In this document: positions 63,059 to 64,000 of the stretch, piece after piece
Position numbering within the stretch: the first letter of the stretch is position 1
How the letters are laid out: each line of letters opens with the position of its first letter
NCBI GenBank assembly: GCA_037447605.1
Contig: CM074815.1
Span: 434,001-498,000, forward strand
DNA: 64,000 bases
Direction of reading: 5' to 3'
Source of the DNA: Zygnema circumcarinatum SAG 698-1b
Taxonomy: Eukaryota > Plantae > Zygnematophyceae
Position numbers and translations under genes: made by a program
The notes under the pieces: generated by a model
The model's database searches: none
Told to the model about the DNA's origin: nothing
Seen by the model: the letters and a program-made list of their open reading frames with translations, nothing else

Positions 63059-64000
63059 GGAGCGTGAGCAAAGGCAGGTCCGCCAATCGGGATCCACCGA
63101 CCAGAATAGCAAAGTTTACAAAAACTAGTAAGCTAATTCACAAACGACAATACGTTTATGAGTTGCAAAGTACTATTTTTACGAAGATCCACTAAACAAC
63201 ACAAAGTGACGCGCCCTACGGACCTTGTAGACCAAATCTGTCGGATGCTCCAGGGTTCAAGGAATGGGTGCGGAACTGCGGACCTATTGCTTGGGGGCTT
63301 TCACACCTTGAAGGCGCTCGTTGTTGTCATTTGTATACCGACCTTCGTCCGTACACATTCGACCTGTACGGTTGCATGCCAGCGTGGCAGTCGCACGCTG
63401 CCGGATCTTTGGTTGCCACGTGGTGGAACGCGAATGGTCGTGACGGCGTTATGGCGCCTCCGCAGGAGAGTACTGTACAGTAGGACGATCCTGAACGTCG
63501 GCGTGGCAGCCACGTTGGCACCACGTCAGCGAAACGCGGCCTCATAGGACCCAGGGAACGTCGTTTTTTGTGCGACGACGCCACGCGAAACGCGCTCATA
63601 GAACCTGGCCCTAAATCGAATTCATGAAAATAGTTTTACCCCATTTTCGAGTGCGAATGCGGGTCATTACTCACGAGTCACGAGTCTCACGATTTCAAGG
63701 GTTTACAACTGAAAACTGGAAACTGCGCTGGCCTGGACTGCTGACGTACGCACAACGTCAAAAGGAAAGTAATCAGTTTGCCCCCATGAAAACGGCCCTA
63801 GGCCACTAGACTCCTGCCTTCTCCATGCACGTGTCATGACACGTGTCGGGACTAGTTAGCTCAATTTCTATGGAAATTCTTGAATAAAACTGCGAACTGA
63901 ACTGGTTGGCATAAATTCAAATTTTTTGACGAAATCCGTATCGTATCGTATCGTATGGACCCACAGTACAGTACTCCAATGCGCCTCCCCCTCCCCCCCT

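Overview
This is 64 kb of an intron-rich eukaryotic nuclear scaffold from a plant-lineage organism. TTTAGGG-type repeats, XBAT35-type ligases, an LRR receptor kinase, CBA1 and extreme low-complexity introns suggest a streptophyte green alga or early-diverging plant; this is inferred, not established. I reconstructed ten genes by hand from GT-AG boundaries and protein similarity recalled from memory, with no database search. In order they are: ALDH22A1 (partial, -), a prokaryote-like ClC channel lacking its N-terminal half (-), a plastid-targeted cyanobacterial-type radical SAM protein cut by a gap (+), a CBA1-like cobalamin acquisition protein (+), CARNMT1 (-), three ankyrin-RING XBAT35-like paralogues (-,+,+), an intronless cytosolic LRR protein (-) and an LRR receptor kinase (-). 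There is also an orphan terminal exon. Introns are packed with telomere-derived 7-mer arrays, minisatellites and G-rich satellites. A 2-kb spacer-less foldback element with an 8-bp TSD carries a TA-flanked MITE inserted exactly at its palindromic centre, and a relative of that MITE sits in an XBAT intron. No rRNA, tRNA, CRISPR array or transposase was recognised. The strongest leads are a possible B12-related gene pair (radical SAM plus CBA1), the nested hairpin transposon, complementary telomeric arrays at intron ends, the half-length ClC, the diverging XBAT cluster and the intronless LRR gene. Seven N gaps limit several conclusions.
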